DNA of 64,000 bases from Antedon mediterranea (taxonomy: Eukaryota; Animalia; Echinodermata): positions 21,996,795-22,060,794 of the forward strand of contig NC_092670.1 in NCBI RefSeq assembly GCF_964355755.1, written 5' to 3'. Position 1 is the stretch's first letter, and each line of letters opens with the position of its first letter. Under the pieces are notes generated by a model. That model was not told where the DNA came from and ran no database searches. It saw nothing but the letters and a program-made list of their open reading frames with translations. Made by a program: the position numbers and the translations under genes. Below, in pieces: positions 41,951-56,202 of the stretch.

Positions 41951-43307
41951 TTACAGGTTAATAATTAAATGAAAAATGTTTGTTTTTCACAAATAAAAAG
42001 TCATAAAAAGAAATATTATTTGTTTTAAATGCTTTCTTTTCTTACAATGCTTTCGAACTAAATATTTTTATTAAATAGAGCAGCAAAGATATTTAAAGTA
42101 GAGCAAATAAAGAATACAAAAAAGTATGTTAAATAGGAAAGGTCAAATTAAAATAGTAATCACAGTAATTATAGAAAATATGATAAATGCAGTTGTAGCT
42201 AAATAATAGTAATTATTTTAATCTTTTTTTGGAAATAAACTACCGTCTCTTGGCTTGTACGTTTTACAGAGCACGAGGCAACGAGGAAATAAAGTATCAT
42301 CCTCAGGGTAAAAACTCACCGAAAAGAATCTTACTGTCATACAGTCAGCCGCAGGCAAAGATTATTCCAATACGACACGCAACAAACGAGACGTAAAATC
42401 AGACCTCAAAGTCAATTGATTTAATTCTGGTGTAATATATTTGATTCAAACGTTTGGCTTTTCTGATTATGTACAATAACACATACAAAACTCCATATCC
42501 CTATTAACCCTCTTACCTATATATAACGGGTAATAAAAACGCTCACAAAACCCCTCACAAATTATTTCTATTGTTTTTTATGACGATAATAACAAGTGGA
42601 AAACATACTGTGATTTTTATTTAGCAATTCAAACGAATGAACGAAATAGACAATCTAGGTCACAGTGCGGCAGAAAAGAAAAAATATGAATCTTAATTTT
42701 TTAAACATCAATAAATTCTTAATTTTTCATCTTGATACTTCAGACGTCATATACCAAATTTTTAAAATAGGCCAGATTGTATATTTATTCATATCAACGA
42801 TTCACATTTACAAATTTGTATTCAGACAACATTGTTTCAATCAATAAACATCATCATAAAGATCATTATTTTTGAAAATAAATTGAATTAAACTCAGCGA
42901 AAACGAAATAAATTGTTCTATAATTTAAAATTGTTCTTTTTATTATTGAACAAGTATATTAACCTACATACTGGAAAATATTAATAATTGTTCAAAAGGC
43001 AAATCAATGCATACAAGGCAAAATAATTAATTTCTCTGAAATGAGAAATGATATTGAAATAAAAACCCCGAAAACAATTAGTAACCCTCAAGCGAAGTTA
43101 AACAAAGACATGGAAAGAATTATTTTTATTGATAATAGTGTACAACATATATCAACCCAGAATGATGAGATGAGGGATGCGACCCAATTCCACATTAAAC
43201 GACATGGTTGCATAATCACAAGACAAAATTACAAATACAAAGATTTATATATAAGATATAATACAATCGAAGGGATAGAACACAAGGTAAGTTAAGAATA
43301 GGAAGCA

Positions 43308-43528
43308 GGAGTTTTGTAACTGTAGTGGTGGTTATGATGCTTGGCTACCACTCCAAGGGTCCTGGGTTCAAGTCCCTTCACATATCAGGATTTTTTCTAA
43401 GGACAAAAACTCCACTCCCACTTTGTTTATGTATAGCATCTTGTGTATATGTTTGTCTTGTGAACCTCTGAGAGTCCCTAATGACTGCTGGATGGATCAC
43501 CCTCATTAAATATGGTAAAAAAAACAAA
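43308..43528 (+). mobile_element. tRNA-derived SINE, full length
   Basis: tggtggttatgatgcttggctaccactccaagggtcctgggttcaagtccc...cctcattaaatatggt then an A tail; same family as 7805-8027. Confidence 0.9.
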
Positions 43529-44039
43529 TCAGAGCTCAATTAATACTAGCCCGTCGTACAATGGCTAGTAAAAACTGCTCTGGGCTACCATCTTCCTGGA
43601 CAGGATGCCTACAGTAAGCTAGTAACATAAAAATTGCTCTTTTGTAAACTAAATGACGTTATATAAAAATCATGGGTTGCATTACAATACAGTAGATTCT
43701 AACAACAATATATGGCAATTGTATCAAGAACTATAAAACAGTACTATAGGTTAAATATCTACCATGCCAGTCTAATTTTGCTAGCTATGACTACTACTAC
43801 ATTCTAAATGTTTGTCGAGTACAAATTTTATTAACCAACTACAATCCCAACAAAGCCCTACATATTTTTGCAACTCTTTTAGACATTTATACCAAAAAAA
43901 AGTACACACTTTAAAATGAAATTTTTCCCTGCACACCAGACCTAATAGTTCATGACTAAGTTTTTACAGTAATAATATTAAGTTAATATCAGATATATTG
44001 TAACAGGTTATTTAAAAATATAAATGATAAAAAAAAGTT

Positions 44040-44655
44040 ACATCTGGATAATTCAACTTGACAACGCAAATTAAAACCAGAAACATCGCACCACGCATAA
44101 AGTTGTATGTACACAGTGTTTCAAGGAATGGAGAGGCTAAAAAAAGGGGGCGCACCTGGCTAACAAATAAACATACAATGTGAAAAATGTGATCAAGAAA
44201 AGAGAAAAGCGAAAATGGGACGCACCTGGTCAACAAAATATACCATGAGTATTTTCTTGATAAGGGGAAAGGCAGATTTAAAAAGGGTTGCACCTGCTGG
44301 TAAAATCTTTGATAAAGATGGGGGAAGGGAGGGGTGAGGCACAAAGGGCTACACCTGGCTACAAAGTAATATATCATGTCAAATAAAGAAGGGGAGAAGC
44401 TAAAATTAATGGTGTAATTACACTGAAGTGAATACCTAATCTAGCACAGAGTTAGAGAAAGGTGAACAGCCTTAGGGAAGGGATAAAATGAGGCCAGCTT
44501 ACAAATCCTAAAAATAATAAAAATTGATATGAAAAAATGGAAAAGGGGTTACATCTGGTTTGTAAAATTAGGACGAATAGCATCCGGTTAAAAAAAAGGG
44601 AACTAGAATGGTGGAAAAAATTTCGGCACCTGGTTTTTAAAATCAGGACATGTGG
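44040..44655. repeat. Highly diverged ~65-70 bp repeat retaining a CACCTG core
   Basis: aaaggg..cacctgg motif recurs at 44153, 44223, 44291, 44352 and 44627, with catctgg variants. Confidence 0.6.
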
Positions 44656-47621
44656 CAATATGCAATCTCATTGCTCTAGATATATGCAAACAGCAGCCAA
44701 TCAAATACCTTCGTCTGACCTAATTATTTTTACTATGAGCAAATTTTCTAGCATTGAGTTTAGCTTTGATATTTCTTATTAACTTTCTGGTGTGTAATGT
44801 GTTAATTGTTTGAAAGTGTCAGCTAATCAGTTCATACTGCTAAGCAGGTTAATGGTGCATTCTGCCGCATCGAAAACCTGTGGAATATGTTGTAGTTTTA
44901 ATGAAAAAGCATCGTAAAAAAAATAGGTACTTTGTCGGGAACTTTTGTCATATGTATGTATTTTGCAAAGCCTGTTCAGTAGTGAAAGTAAAAAGAATTT
45001 GTAGAAGACAGAACTAGAATGGTTTAATTTAATACTACCACAATGTACAATGTAGAATAACTACCTCCGATCTCAGGGCTATAGTAGTTCATCTAGAACC
45101 AGTTGTACCAGGAAATTTACACATTTGTGTTTGAAATACTGGGGAGCTTTTTTATTTGTGATGACCTACACTTCTTGTTGGTAGTCACCAGTACTTATAA
45201 TCCGCCAAACCTGTGTTGTTGGGGAAGCAAGTCCAAATGTCTAGGCATCCACAAAATGAATGAAAAATCATGATGTAACTAAAGTTCTTGTAACACTCCC
45301 AAGTAGTGTAGGAGGGCAGCCTGTTAAATGACAGGTGGGTTACTATACGTAAGTGGTTTCACCCTATTTATAACTGCAACAATGGGTTACTTCCAATATT
45401 TCTAAATTAAATAAAACCACTACTCATTTAGTGTTATGCAATATACTGCAGATTATTCAATATACTTTTAATCAATGTCTGTACATTTACAATTTCTGTC
45501 TAAAAAAAATAATAAATTTGCCACATATTTTAATTCATAACTTGTTTTACTCAGACGACTATAATTTATCATCAATGGTGTGGTGTGATTTGTATCAACG
45601 CAACGTTTGCATCGGCAGAGCTGCCCTCGTTCAGTCACATTTTAATGGGGGAAATTTTTATAAACATTGAGTGTAGACCGCTTGATTTAAACAGGGGAAA
45701 TCCGTAAAATGTCGAGCTAAATCTACTGAAAGCCCAATACAGCAATAAAACGGTATAAATCAGTATAAAACATTGCATTTTTTACAGGCTTGGATCAATT
45801 GGAGATAACACTGACGATGTTGTCATATTAAATTGATGAACCTCGTAAAGATATTTCTATGAACTCGCGGAAAAGTGGGGACAAAGTAATCAATTGTAAG
45901 ATGCGTAGGGTTTTTAGCGGGACTATTGTAAGTAAGCAACTTATCTGCGAGTTTTTGTTGCGGATTGTGTTGTAAATTCTAGGCTTTACTGGGTCATTGT
46001 GGTTTTCAATTGAGTAAAGCGGGCGGATAAATGAAACATTAGTGTGCTTGTCCATGATCTGGTTACTGTTTTATATATATTACAAAATTGCATTGTTGAT
46101 AGAATGCAGCATAATTAAAATCAAAATAGTGTAGTTAAGAAATTATAGCCAAGAACGAAAAACATTGAGGCTACCGAAAACAGATTTCCACAAAGGAAAA
46201 AGAAAATAATTAAACATTTGGATGCTTGTCCACGATTTGGTTACTGTTAATGAGTGTTAAAATGTTGTATTATTAATACAATGCAAAAAATTGCAAATAA
46301 GGAATTAAAATAAATTTGTTTACAGTATGAGAATAATGGTTGAAATACAAAACACATTTCTGTACAGCAAATTAATTTAACGTTATCAGCCTTAATCATT
46401 CTTTTAAGTTGCTTAAAAAAATAAAATTGGTCACTAATTAGAGACCAACTTTATTGGATAGAGGCTGATAACCTGTAGTAATAGCAAAATGTACTAGCAA
46501 AACATCATCTGTTAGTATTAACATGCTATCAAAATGAAAGTAGAAATCTAAAGTGTCTGCCTAGTGTAAGTATGATGGGGTTAATTTAATGGTCAAGCTA
46601 TCAGTGAGTCGCTGCTAACAAGTGCATATCAAGGGCACCCTCAACAGCTTTTAAAAAAGTATTCAATAAGAATGACATATTTAATTAAGGAAGCAAAACC
46701 TAATTAATAAGATAGGATGTACATAGTGTTTTCTATAATGAGTTTTTTTTTTTTTGTGTTTGATTTAATACAATTTTTTGATTGACAACTGGGATGTTGA
46801 TCACTCTATCTGACACGATCTAGCTGTTTGAAACCGACTGACAGAGGGCAGTAGTAACACAGAAAATGTTTACAAACAGGGTGGATGGTAACAGGGTTAA
46901 TTGATACGTCATGATTACCGTCCGTCAGCATTGATGGGACAAGCCCAGGAAATAAGGAGCGAAGGCTAGCGTATGTCAGTCATAAAAACCTAGGCCTACT
47001 GGGAAAGAAACGCACCGTTTGCTCACAATCTTTACGAGGTGACGATAGATTTTTATACTCTGAAGGATTTTCTGCTGTTTTCAGATTATAAAAGTAGCCC
47101 AAAACATATGAGGACCACCAGTTTACAGACATGATCTTTTATGTTTGATTGACGGCGTGTCAGAAACACTCTGCAGTTTGGAGCGGCGATGACTTTTACA
47201 AGTGACTATAATATAACGAAATTAAAACGAAATTGAGATGTTTTGTATTGCAGAAAAAATTAACGGATTGTAAAGATATTTACGAGATTACAATTTAATT
47301 TTAGAAAATATTAGTAGATTATATTAGAAATGTATATTGAATGGTTAGAATTGTAAGTACTGTAATTTATAAGTGTTTCAAAGCTGATATTTAAATTACA
47401 TATCAATCAAATACAGGAATTTTCGACATATTAATAACTTTTCTCAATATTGACATCATTTAAATGGAGTTTAAAGTAAAGAATGTGCTTCAGATAAAGC
47501 CTTATCAACACATTATTTCAAGGAGAATTTGGTGTGTTTTTTTTAAAGCATCTAACATGAATAAAGCAAACTACTGCATGAGAATTTAAGTATCATCGCA
47601 AGACTTTGGGAAATGGTTTAA

Positions 47622-47866
47622 TTTTTTTTTTTTGTATTAATATTTGTCCTCAGTGAGGAAATTCGGATTAGGCCCTCCACGGACCCACGGCAGCCAGCAG
47701 TGCAGCGCCTACCAGGTTAGGCAATGAGAGTAAAGCATCTTGCCTAAGGATGCAATTAGTATGGTACGATTTCTAGACGGTCTCCCATCCAGAACGCAAC
47801 CAGGCCCAACGTTGCTGAACTTCGGTGATCTGACGAGAACCGGTGTTTCAACGCAGTATGGCCGTA
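47622..47866 (-). mobile_element. 5S rRNA-derived SINE (SINE3-type)
   Basis: 47866-47771 reads tacggccatactgcgttgaaacaccggttctcgtcagatcaccgaagttcagcaacgttgggcctggttgcgttctggatgggagaccg (5S-like), then a non-5S body and an A12 tail. Confidence 0.85.
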
Positions 47867-48154
47867 TATAAAAAATGGGCCATCAGAAAAGGATCCTGAA
47901 CAAAAAAAAAAAGTTATTGGGTCATCCTAAACACTAAGCCCAACCAAGCCCTATCAATTGTTATTTCATAATCCCTGATAATTTACAATGCGTCAATAAT
48001 GCATGTATTGTGTCACCTAGTATGTTTGCGTTGACAAGGCATGGCAAATACAATTTTGACGCGATTATTAAAACATAGATTTCCAACATTTTTTACAACA
48101 AAATCGCTCTAAAAAGTATACTTTTGTTGATGAAAATGCAATTAACATGCTAAT

Positions 48155-48658
48155 AGGGAGGTTTCGCAACCTTACGAATACGAAAACGGATACGTCATAC
48201 ATTTTTAAAACTTTTGAGCTGATCCCCATTTCATATTCGTAAAGCGTATTCGTGTTGACGAATATCACCAGTCATATTCGTAACTACAAAACGAGTATAG
48301 TTTTTGATCTATTTTGCACATTTTGCATTTGAATCAGGAATGATTCATGATTATAATATAATTATAGATTTATTGAAAGTAATTTACTAAAGTAAATTAC
48401 TAAAATGCCAAGTCAATTTTGATAAATAGCAGTTTTTAAAGTCCTCACTCGCTTTGATGTTACGCTAGGCCTAGGCAGCCAAGCACCAAGAGCAACACGT
48501 ACCTGCGCTTCGCTCAAATTTACCGCAGTCATATTTTGGACGCGCCTCAATATTTTGTTGCCATGCGAAACAGATTTTTTTATGGCTTACAAAAACGAAT
48601 ACGTGTGCGTGACGTATCCGTTATCATTATCGTATCCGTAAGATTGCGAAACCTCTCT
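48155..48658. mobile_element. MITE, PIF/Harbinger-ISL2EU-group-like
   Basis: TIRs agggaggtttcgcaaccttacg / cgtaagattgcgaaacctctct; AAT on both flanks. Confidence 0.85.
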
Positions 48659-48699
48659 AATATTAATTAGATATTTTATTGTTTATTGTTTTATACAGT

Positions 48700-48822
48700 A
48701 TTTCTTTTTATGTATTTTTGCATATTTGTATTGTAGGGGCCCACATGAGACAAGCTATTGCTTCTAGTGCAGGCCCCAGTCATTGTCAAATAACTGAATA
48801 AATGTGTATGAATGAATGAATA
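48700..48822 (+). mobile_element. Probable LINE (L2/Crack-like) 3' tail
   Basis: ggggcccacatgagacaagct...ggcccc stem, aataaa, then a (tgaa)n tail. Confidence 0.5.
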
Positions 48823-49649
48823 TCCTATTTTGTATAATATACAATTTAAACTGGTAGGACTGGGTTACAACTTGATAAGACTTGGTAGTGCTTGGTTGGG
48901 CATACACAATTTTATACTTCGAAATTATGTCTCTCTAAAATAAAGCATAAACTTACTGTTTAAATCTTAAGTCAGACCCCTTGAGAGTCAAGGTGACAAA
49001 ATGTGACACAGACCCTTTAATTAATGTTATCAAAAGGTGTACATACAGGAAAATAACTCTTATTAAAAGCTACAGTATAAAAACAATTTAAAATAAAAAT
49101 GACATTTAACATGCTATTTATATCGGAAACATACGTTTTTAGACAATGCTTAAACGCTCCATTTCTCATTGCGATCATTTTTCATTTGAACCAATCAATT
49201 CTATGTAATTAATACTTCATTCTTTAGTAATTTTCAAATTTTCTCACTTTCAAAACGATAAAAATGTTGTCTAATATATCATTTGTTATTAATAATTGTA
49301 AAACTGTTATTGGAACATTGCAGAATTTATTATTATGACTGAAATTATTTCATTTAATTTATTCATTGAGACAACAAATATCTAGGGATTGTTATAAAAC
49401 AACAAATTAACAATAACATAATTACTCATAATAATCAATATCTTTTTGATCATAATGATCATTTATGAAAGTTGGCAAGAAAAAAATGATAAATAATTAC
49501 TTCTGTTGGTAAATACAATATTTCTTTCTTCGGCTTTATACATTATGCAAATGTCCTACCATAGAATATCCCTAGCTTTCGTTATGTTACATCTTCAATT
49601 AATGTGACAAGATGGAATAGCATTAGTTTGTACACAGCAGAGTAATAAT

Positions 49650-49970
49650 TTCACTAGCGGCCCAGTCTGTAAATTGAAGGCTAATAAATTGTGGTCTGTA
49701 CACATGAGGCTAACAACATCTTGTAGTACTGAAGGGCCTGAAATCACAATCTTTAATAAGACAATACAGTTTAAACTTTTACTCCTGACTAAAACAATTT
49801 ACATGTTTACACTAACTTGTTTCAGTAGCAGACTGGTCTGTACATTGAAGGCTAGTAAATTGTGGTCTGTACACATGAGGCTAACAACATATTGTGGAAA
49901 GGGCCTGAAATCATAATCTTTAGTAAGACGATACAGTTTAAACTTTTACTGCTGGCTAAAACAATTTAAC
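49650..49970. repeat. ~170-bp tandem duplication
   Basis: Two near-identical blocks starting gtctgta.attgaaggcta.taaattgtggtctgtacacatgagg. Confidence 0.9.
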
Positions 49971-52900
49971 TAACTCAGCTTAACTGAAGAATCGATTGTA
50001 ATACTACTAATTACCAATGTAATACGAACATCGAACATTAAGGTTAATGTTTGATCATTACAATCAGTAAACATTTCTTGGAAAAGTAACTGTGTTACAG
50101 AAAATTAAAAAATAATTTTTGTTAACAAAACATCTGCTTGGCTACATGCTTTCAATTATTCAACCCTTTTTGGGCACAAAATGTTCTACATTTTTTGAAA
50201 ATATATGAACAAATAATTTTTTTAATGTATGGAAACAATATTTTGTTAGAAGGGGGAGGGGTGGGGGTGGAAGCGGTGGGGGTGGAAGCGGGAAGAGGGA
50301 TTCTCCATTTTGCTAAAACCTAAACTACACAACAGAATGGTAATATTTTATACTTTTTTATATGTTTGTCAAAAAGTCGAGAGGCGTTTTTTGTAAGAAA
50401 TATTTCTTGTTTATATAACTTTAGTTGATTATGTTCTTTAGATATAAACAAAAACAAAAAGTTATAAAATTACAGAGAGAAAAGAAAAAGAAAAAATATG
50501 TAAGAAAATCTATATTACATTATTATTTTCAACTGAATAACAAATGAAAACAGCAAATCAGAAAAACATACACACGATACAAAAAAAAGAAAGTTCACAA
50601 TCTGCTCTATTTAATCAAACTAAAGAAGCCAATAATCTATTTACCCCCTTCCTAGTATGTGAAGAAGTTAAGCAATGTCTAAATAATGTAATACACCCCT
50701 GGAGACAACCCCTTACACGATCAGACCCCATGGGAAATGCCCCTTGCAGAACGAACAACTCTCAAATGTACACAGACGTTCCATTTCAACACTACCGGTA
50801 TTAAACTACGATCAACTTAATTTATACAGCATGAAAAAGCCGTTTAGAGGAATTCCAAATCCGTTGTGTACATCAAAAATGACAGGCCATCACAAAATAT
50901 AAATAAATAGTTAAAATGTCCATGTCAGAATCAATTGTAAATCAACGTTTTGTGCCATAAAGCAAATCTATGTTTGTTACAACATAAACTAGGCCATGTC
51001 TATGAAACATACTCATTTTGCTATAACAGTGTGTTAATGGTTTTTAAACTGCAAAATCCTAGATAAAGTCCCTAGGGATTTAATCAATGAACGACACCAC
51101 AAACAGGTGTTTGCAACAGAAACTTTCTGACTAGAAATATCTTCTTTTTTTTTGTGTGGGGGAAAAGGGAATGTATCGTTTAATGTTTATATTTGAAATT
51201 AAAAATTACTAATAATAGTTCTGATTTTTCTTGGATAATTTTCTAGGATAAATTAAATTCCATCTCACATCATTTTGGGACAGCTAGTTATAGGTTTAAC
51301 TAGCCTGCACACTAGTCGGCTAACCCATACTAGCATTAAGTTTTTTTATTCTTACTATCTTTTTAGGCACCTAGCTATGTAGATTTAACTAGCATATATG
51401 CGAGTTTGCTAACTCATACTAGCATAAAGTTTATAAAATGTTATTCTTTTACTGCCAATAATTCTAATATTTCAGTTCGAAACAAACCTGTATAGTAAAT
51501 AATTAAGTAAATTAATTGATTTAAAATGCTAAGTATGGGACTCACATGAAAGACTTTATAAAAGACAGTAATCACAAATTCAATAATTCAGTAAGAATGA
51601 ATCATGATTAAAAACAGTATCTAAAAAAAACAGCAAAAAAAATTGTTTTTTGTAATAGCAAAAGTATCAAATATCATGCATGTTAAAAACATGTGAATGT
51701 AATGTCAACAATCTGTACAAGCCAACATTTGTTAACTTAATTTTAAAATCATCCGTTCGCACAGACAAGAAATGTCCGACACAGGTGCCTATGCCCTACA
51801 TATGTCACACATAGGAATATATAATATTATATACAATAAAAGATAGAGCGCCCACTCTTTATTAAACCAATGTAGTATTTGTGGAAATACCTAGTAATTC
51901 TGATTTGACTTTAATCACAAAATGTATAAAGTGTTTAGCACCCACTGCCATATTATTTTTTCCTTTTGAATATTTAAAATGGGGCAACTGATAAAGTATT
52001 TATTAGCAATAAATGCGATTAAAAGAAAACATTTTAAATGGTGTAAACTAACAAAATAATCAAACACTTTAAATAAAATATAAAAAAAAGTAGATGCAAT
52101 GTTCAAGACAAAAACAACATGAACAATTCCTAAATCATCAAGGATTACAAAAGGGTTATAATATACTAACAACTCACAAGAGAATATATTCAATCATAGT
52201 GTGTCATTTTCCTAAAGGCAAGTAAATAAAGTGTAACTTACTATTACAATGGAAAAATCAGAGCAGTTCTATACTAACTTTCTTTAAAAGTTAGTAATAA
52301 AAGTAATAGAGGGCGACAGACAGATTTTTGTTTTGTACAAGGAGTTTGTTATAAAAATTTTGAGTAAATTCAACTGCAATAAATTCTGTTCTGTTTTTGC
52401 TTTTTATAATTTAATAACTTGGAAATAATGTATCGGTGAATCATCAATAAAAAAAACTAAGTTAATAAATTTTTACCTTAAATATGTCAAAATTAATTAC
52501 ATTACAAAAATACTGTATTATTAAGACCTATATTTTAAAGATTTTTCAACATAGAACATAAAGCTTTTCAATTCTGTACTACTTTCTTGAGACCAATTTA
52601 TTTTGTAAAAATACAGCAATAATTAATGTTGTCTGAACATAAAAAGCTTTTACAGTATATAGATAAAAATATTAGTGAAATTAATCAAATTTTGTTGACC
52701 CTAAAGTACTTTTGATATCAAACCCCAAAGGACTATACAAATTAATATAAAATTCAAATAAGATGCTATTTTGGATGAAAAAAAACCCATAATAGTACAA
52801 GACAGAAATTCACAGCATGAAATTAATTATAACTATCCAGATTAAAAGAAGCTTTGATAGATGAAAAAAAAAAAATGAATTATATCAGAAAAAAGTAGGG

Positions 52901-55431
52901 CATAGGTAAAAGACATGGAATATTATTAAATGTCTTGAGATACAAAGAGATAATGTACAAACGAGGAAAAAAGTGCGGATACTCTTAACGGCGCGAGAAA
53001 AATAGCATTGCGAGTTTTTGAATTAAGCAGGTTTGATAATAGCTTTTTGTATCAAATCTAAGTCTGTTTTAACACTATGTGTACATCGTGAAAGTGATTT
53101 ATTACCAAGGACTAAATATAATCATGTATTACACTTTGCTTGTCAACAAAAATTACTGTTTGAAGCTTACAACTTAAAGCAAACAAATGATGATGATATT
53201 CTTCCATAAAATATTCTCCATTATTTTTTATTTAAATAGACATCACATAAACGCTATAAAAATGTAAACACAAAAATGAAACTATTTGTTAAGTACTTTT
53301 ACGAAGCATCCATCACTCTGCCTTCGTTCATTTTAATGTGACCTGGTTTTTATCATACTTGCCGTTAATACCATGTATTATCACCTCGCTCGTGTGAAGT
53401 TCATATTTTTTTCGCGAATGGATTTTATAAAGCTTTTGACGTGCTTTAAAGATTAATACAAACTAATTGAAACTGGATTATTTTGTTTCAGAATAATTCC
53501 TGCAGCTTCAAAAATGAACATTCTTAATCAATACCACAAGCATCATATATTTTGACACCAATATTACTGATAAATACGCTTACAACTATTTTGATCGGCA
53601 TAAACTGGGGCAGGATTTGTCTCTAGGCCGGCTTAATGATGCTTTTCACTTGTAACTGTGTCAAACATTACAATCCAGACACATAATTCAATTATTTTCA
53701 ACGGTTTTAATTACAAACATTTACCAGTAAAGAGGATTTTATTTTATTATTAATGTAGTTATATAGTTGATTCGGAATACAGGCCCATCTTGGAATAAAA
53801 GTATGCACTGAATAAATTTAATAATTAAGATATTATTATCATTTATATCATTTGGCTGATGTATCGGCAGTTGACTCAATTACAATAATTGAAGAATCTT
53901 TGTTAATTACCAAATTACATTTTTCATTTTTAGTTAAAAATAGCTATTATACTCTTTGAACACAATCCAGGGATCAAATTAATTTTGTATGAGAATGTCC
54001 AAGGATGAATTGTCAAACCAAAAATAGACAAACATTGGAATTTCAATACTTTTTCTTTTTATATTTTATTTTATTGACCCGGTTTCAGGGCATATTTCAC
54101 AATATTTGATTTTACACAAGAAAATTAAAAAAAGAATCCATTTTGGAACAAACACAAAAAAAACTAAAGGAAGACAAGTTGTTACAGAACATAAATTTGC
54201 TGCCTACTTAAGAGAAAATTGCAATTATTTCTCGAAATTTATTGCAAAAAAAGGTGCGACTAAAACGAACAATAGTTTGCTCGGATTCCTATGGGATTCT
54301 ATTGCAACATTTATGTGTAAAGAGCGTGAGATATATTATGTTATTTAACACAAGTGATGCGTTACGAAATTTAGTGTTTCTCTATAAAATACGCATTTTT
54401 AAAACATTACACACTCACTAAAGCAGCGAGCTGTTACAATAACCGGATTATTTAGATTTTTTAGGTGAAATACGAAATCCTGTCTGGAAATTTACTATAA
54501 CACATTATTAAAAGCTGCGTTTTTTTGCACATTTTTTGCCCAATATAATGTTGTGAATTCGTGATGGATAAATCAAAATGTAAATATATTTTTTTTTCAA
54601 GAAAAAAACTAAATGTACATTATGTGATGAAACAAAACATCTCATTAATGGATGAGTCAATTAATGCATTTAAAAGAATAATGAAATAACGTTTTAAAAA
54701 TTGAATTCAAACAAAGGAATACATCTATAAACTTAATTAATATAATTACAATTTATAATCAAATAGTTAATAAAAAGATTATACTTAGTGCAATTATTAT
54801 TTAATTTACAGTAATATACCTTATTGTAAATCTTTCTTTATTGTATTTTCAGACTGGTTGAAATTATAACTGGAAATTATATTTGAACCGTTTCTATTCA
54901 TGTACAGTAAGATGTGTTGTTGAAATTTGTCTTTATACATCATGTAATTCCAGAAGTGTGGTTTTGGTAATAAATGAAAATGATAATTAAATTAATAAAC
55001 AAATAAATTAAAACAAATTAAGGAACAGATCAGGTCTATCTTTATTATTATTATTATCTATCATTACATTTTGGTTTTCTCAATAAAACAGATTAATACT
55101 TTATCCTTTATGTATAAAAATAAATAATGATCCAATCTTGTATTCATGATTTGTTTGTAATTCAAGAAATAGATAAAATAAAACATGACTTTTGAAGTCA
55201 TTAAAATAAACAGCTTAAGAAGACATCTTAAACCTGTAAATATAAATCTTTTAACATACGAACCTACCATTAAAAATATTTAACAAAGAGGCAATCAATT
55301 AAACTGGTATTATCAGATTTTATTGTCTCTATTTTTAATCTTTAGCCAAATTTATGATGCTAAATTTTAGTCGGCAAATGTCGAAGAGACCATCATGTGC
55401 AAGGTTTTTTTATTTAGATATACTATAAGTT

Positions 55432-55560
55432 AGCAGTCTCTAGCTTGGTGGTTAATATGTTTGTTTATTAATCCCAGGGTCTAGAGTCCAAATCCTCAAT
55501 ATACCAGAATTGTTCTCAGTGGCAAAAACAGCCTATTGTAAGCTTATGCTTATTGGGATC
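55432..55560 (+). mobile_element. Decayed tRNA-SINE
   Basis: tagcttggtggttaatatgtttg...agtccaaatcc resembles the SINE head; similar remnants at about 60200-60250 and 61710-61770 on -. Confidence 0.5.
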
Positions 55561-56202
55561 ATAAATTTGTGCTATAGATGGGGAGTTATATACTTGTTAG
55601 TGGATAAGTATTACAATTCAAAAAGTCATTTCTCCACCCCCTCTACCCCCAACCCCAACATCAGTCAATTACTGCAGTAATTCAAGACATTTGTTGACAA
55701 GAAATATTGTAATTAATAGAATTACTGCAGCGCAGTCGGAACAACAAGTAGAAGCTAAGCAGTCACATTTTATTTATCTTAAATGTTTTAATTATCTTTG
55801 AGCAATACTTAAAGAAAACATGTTAGTCTTTTTGTTAGCTATAATGTAAACATTGAATATTAGGTGAATGACATTCTTGGCCAGAGGTACACTTATAGTG
55901 TCTAATTAATGTATTACAATTGATCAAGTGAAATGCATACGCCAACTGCCCTACTTATCTGGAGGTTGTTTTACAAGCCAATAGTGCACATACGTGTAAA
56001 GTTATTACCTATGACCTAATAAATGGTATTATGGGATTAGTGTAAGTGTGTTTGGGACATTTTAGTGTACCAGTATTGTTTTACTTTATGTTATAGGTAT
56101 GATGTATCAATTTCAAAATCACACTTTAATGAATTGAAAAGGCAGCCAGGTGTTTCAGTTCATTAATTTGGGAGAACAATTGTTTGTTTGCCATTATATT
56201 CT

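Noticed and set aside
43041-43295. 84-aa ORF ending near a strong aag|gtaagt donor, as a nested gene exon
   Set aside because: No recognisable motif and no compatible downstream exon found.
43308-43380. tRNA gene (also 7960-8027)
   Set aside because: No proper acceptor stem; it continues into a shared body and A tail, so it is a SINE head.
47771-47866. Functional 5S rRNA gene
   Set aside because: The 3' stem strand and T-run terminator are missing, it is diverged, and it continues into a body and A tail.
46030-51430. Small local duplications (46033/46212, 51278/51366; also about 5155/5475 and 33630/33770)
   Set aside because: Ordinary diverged tandem duplications with no sign of function.
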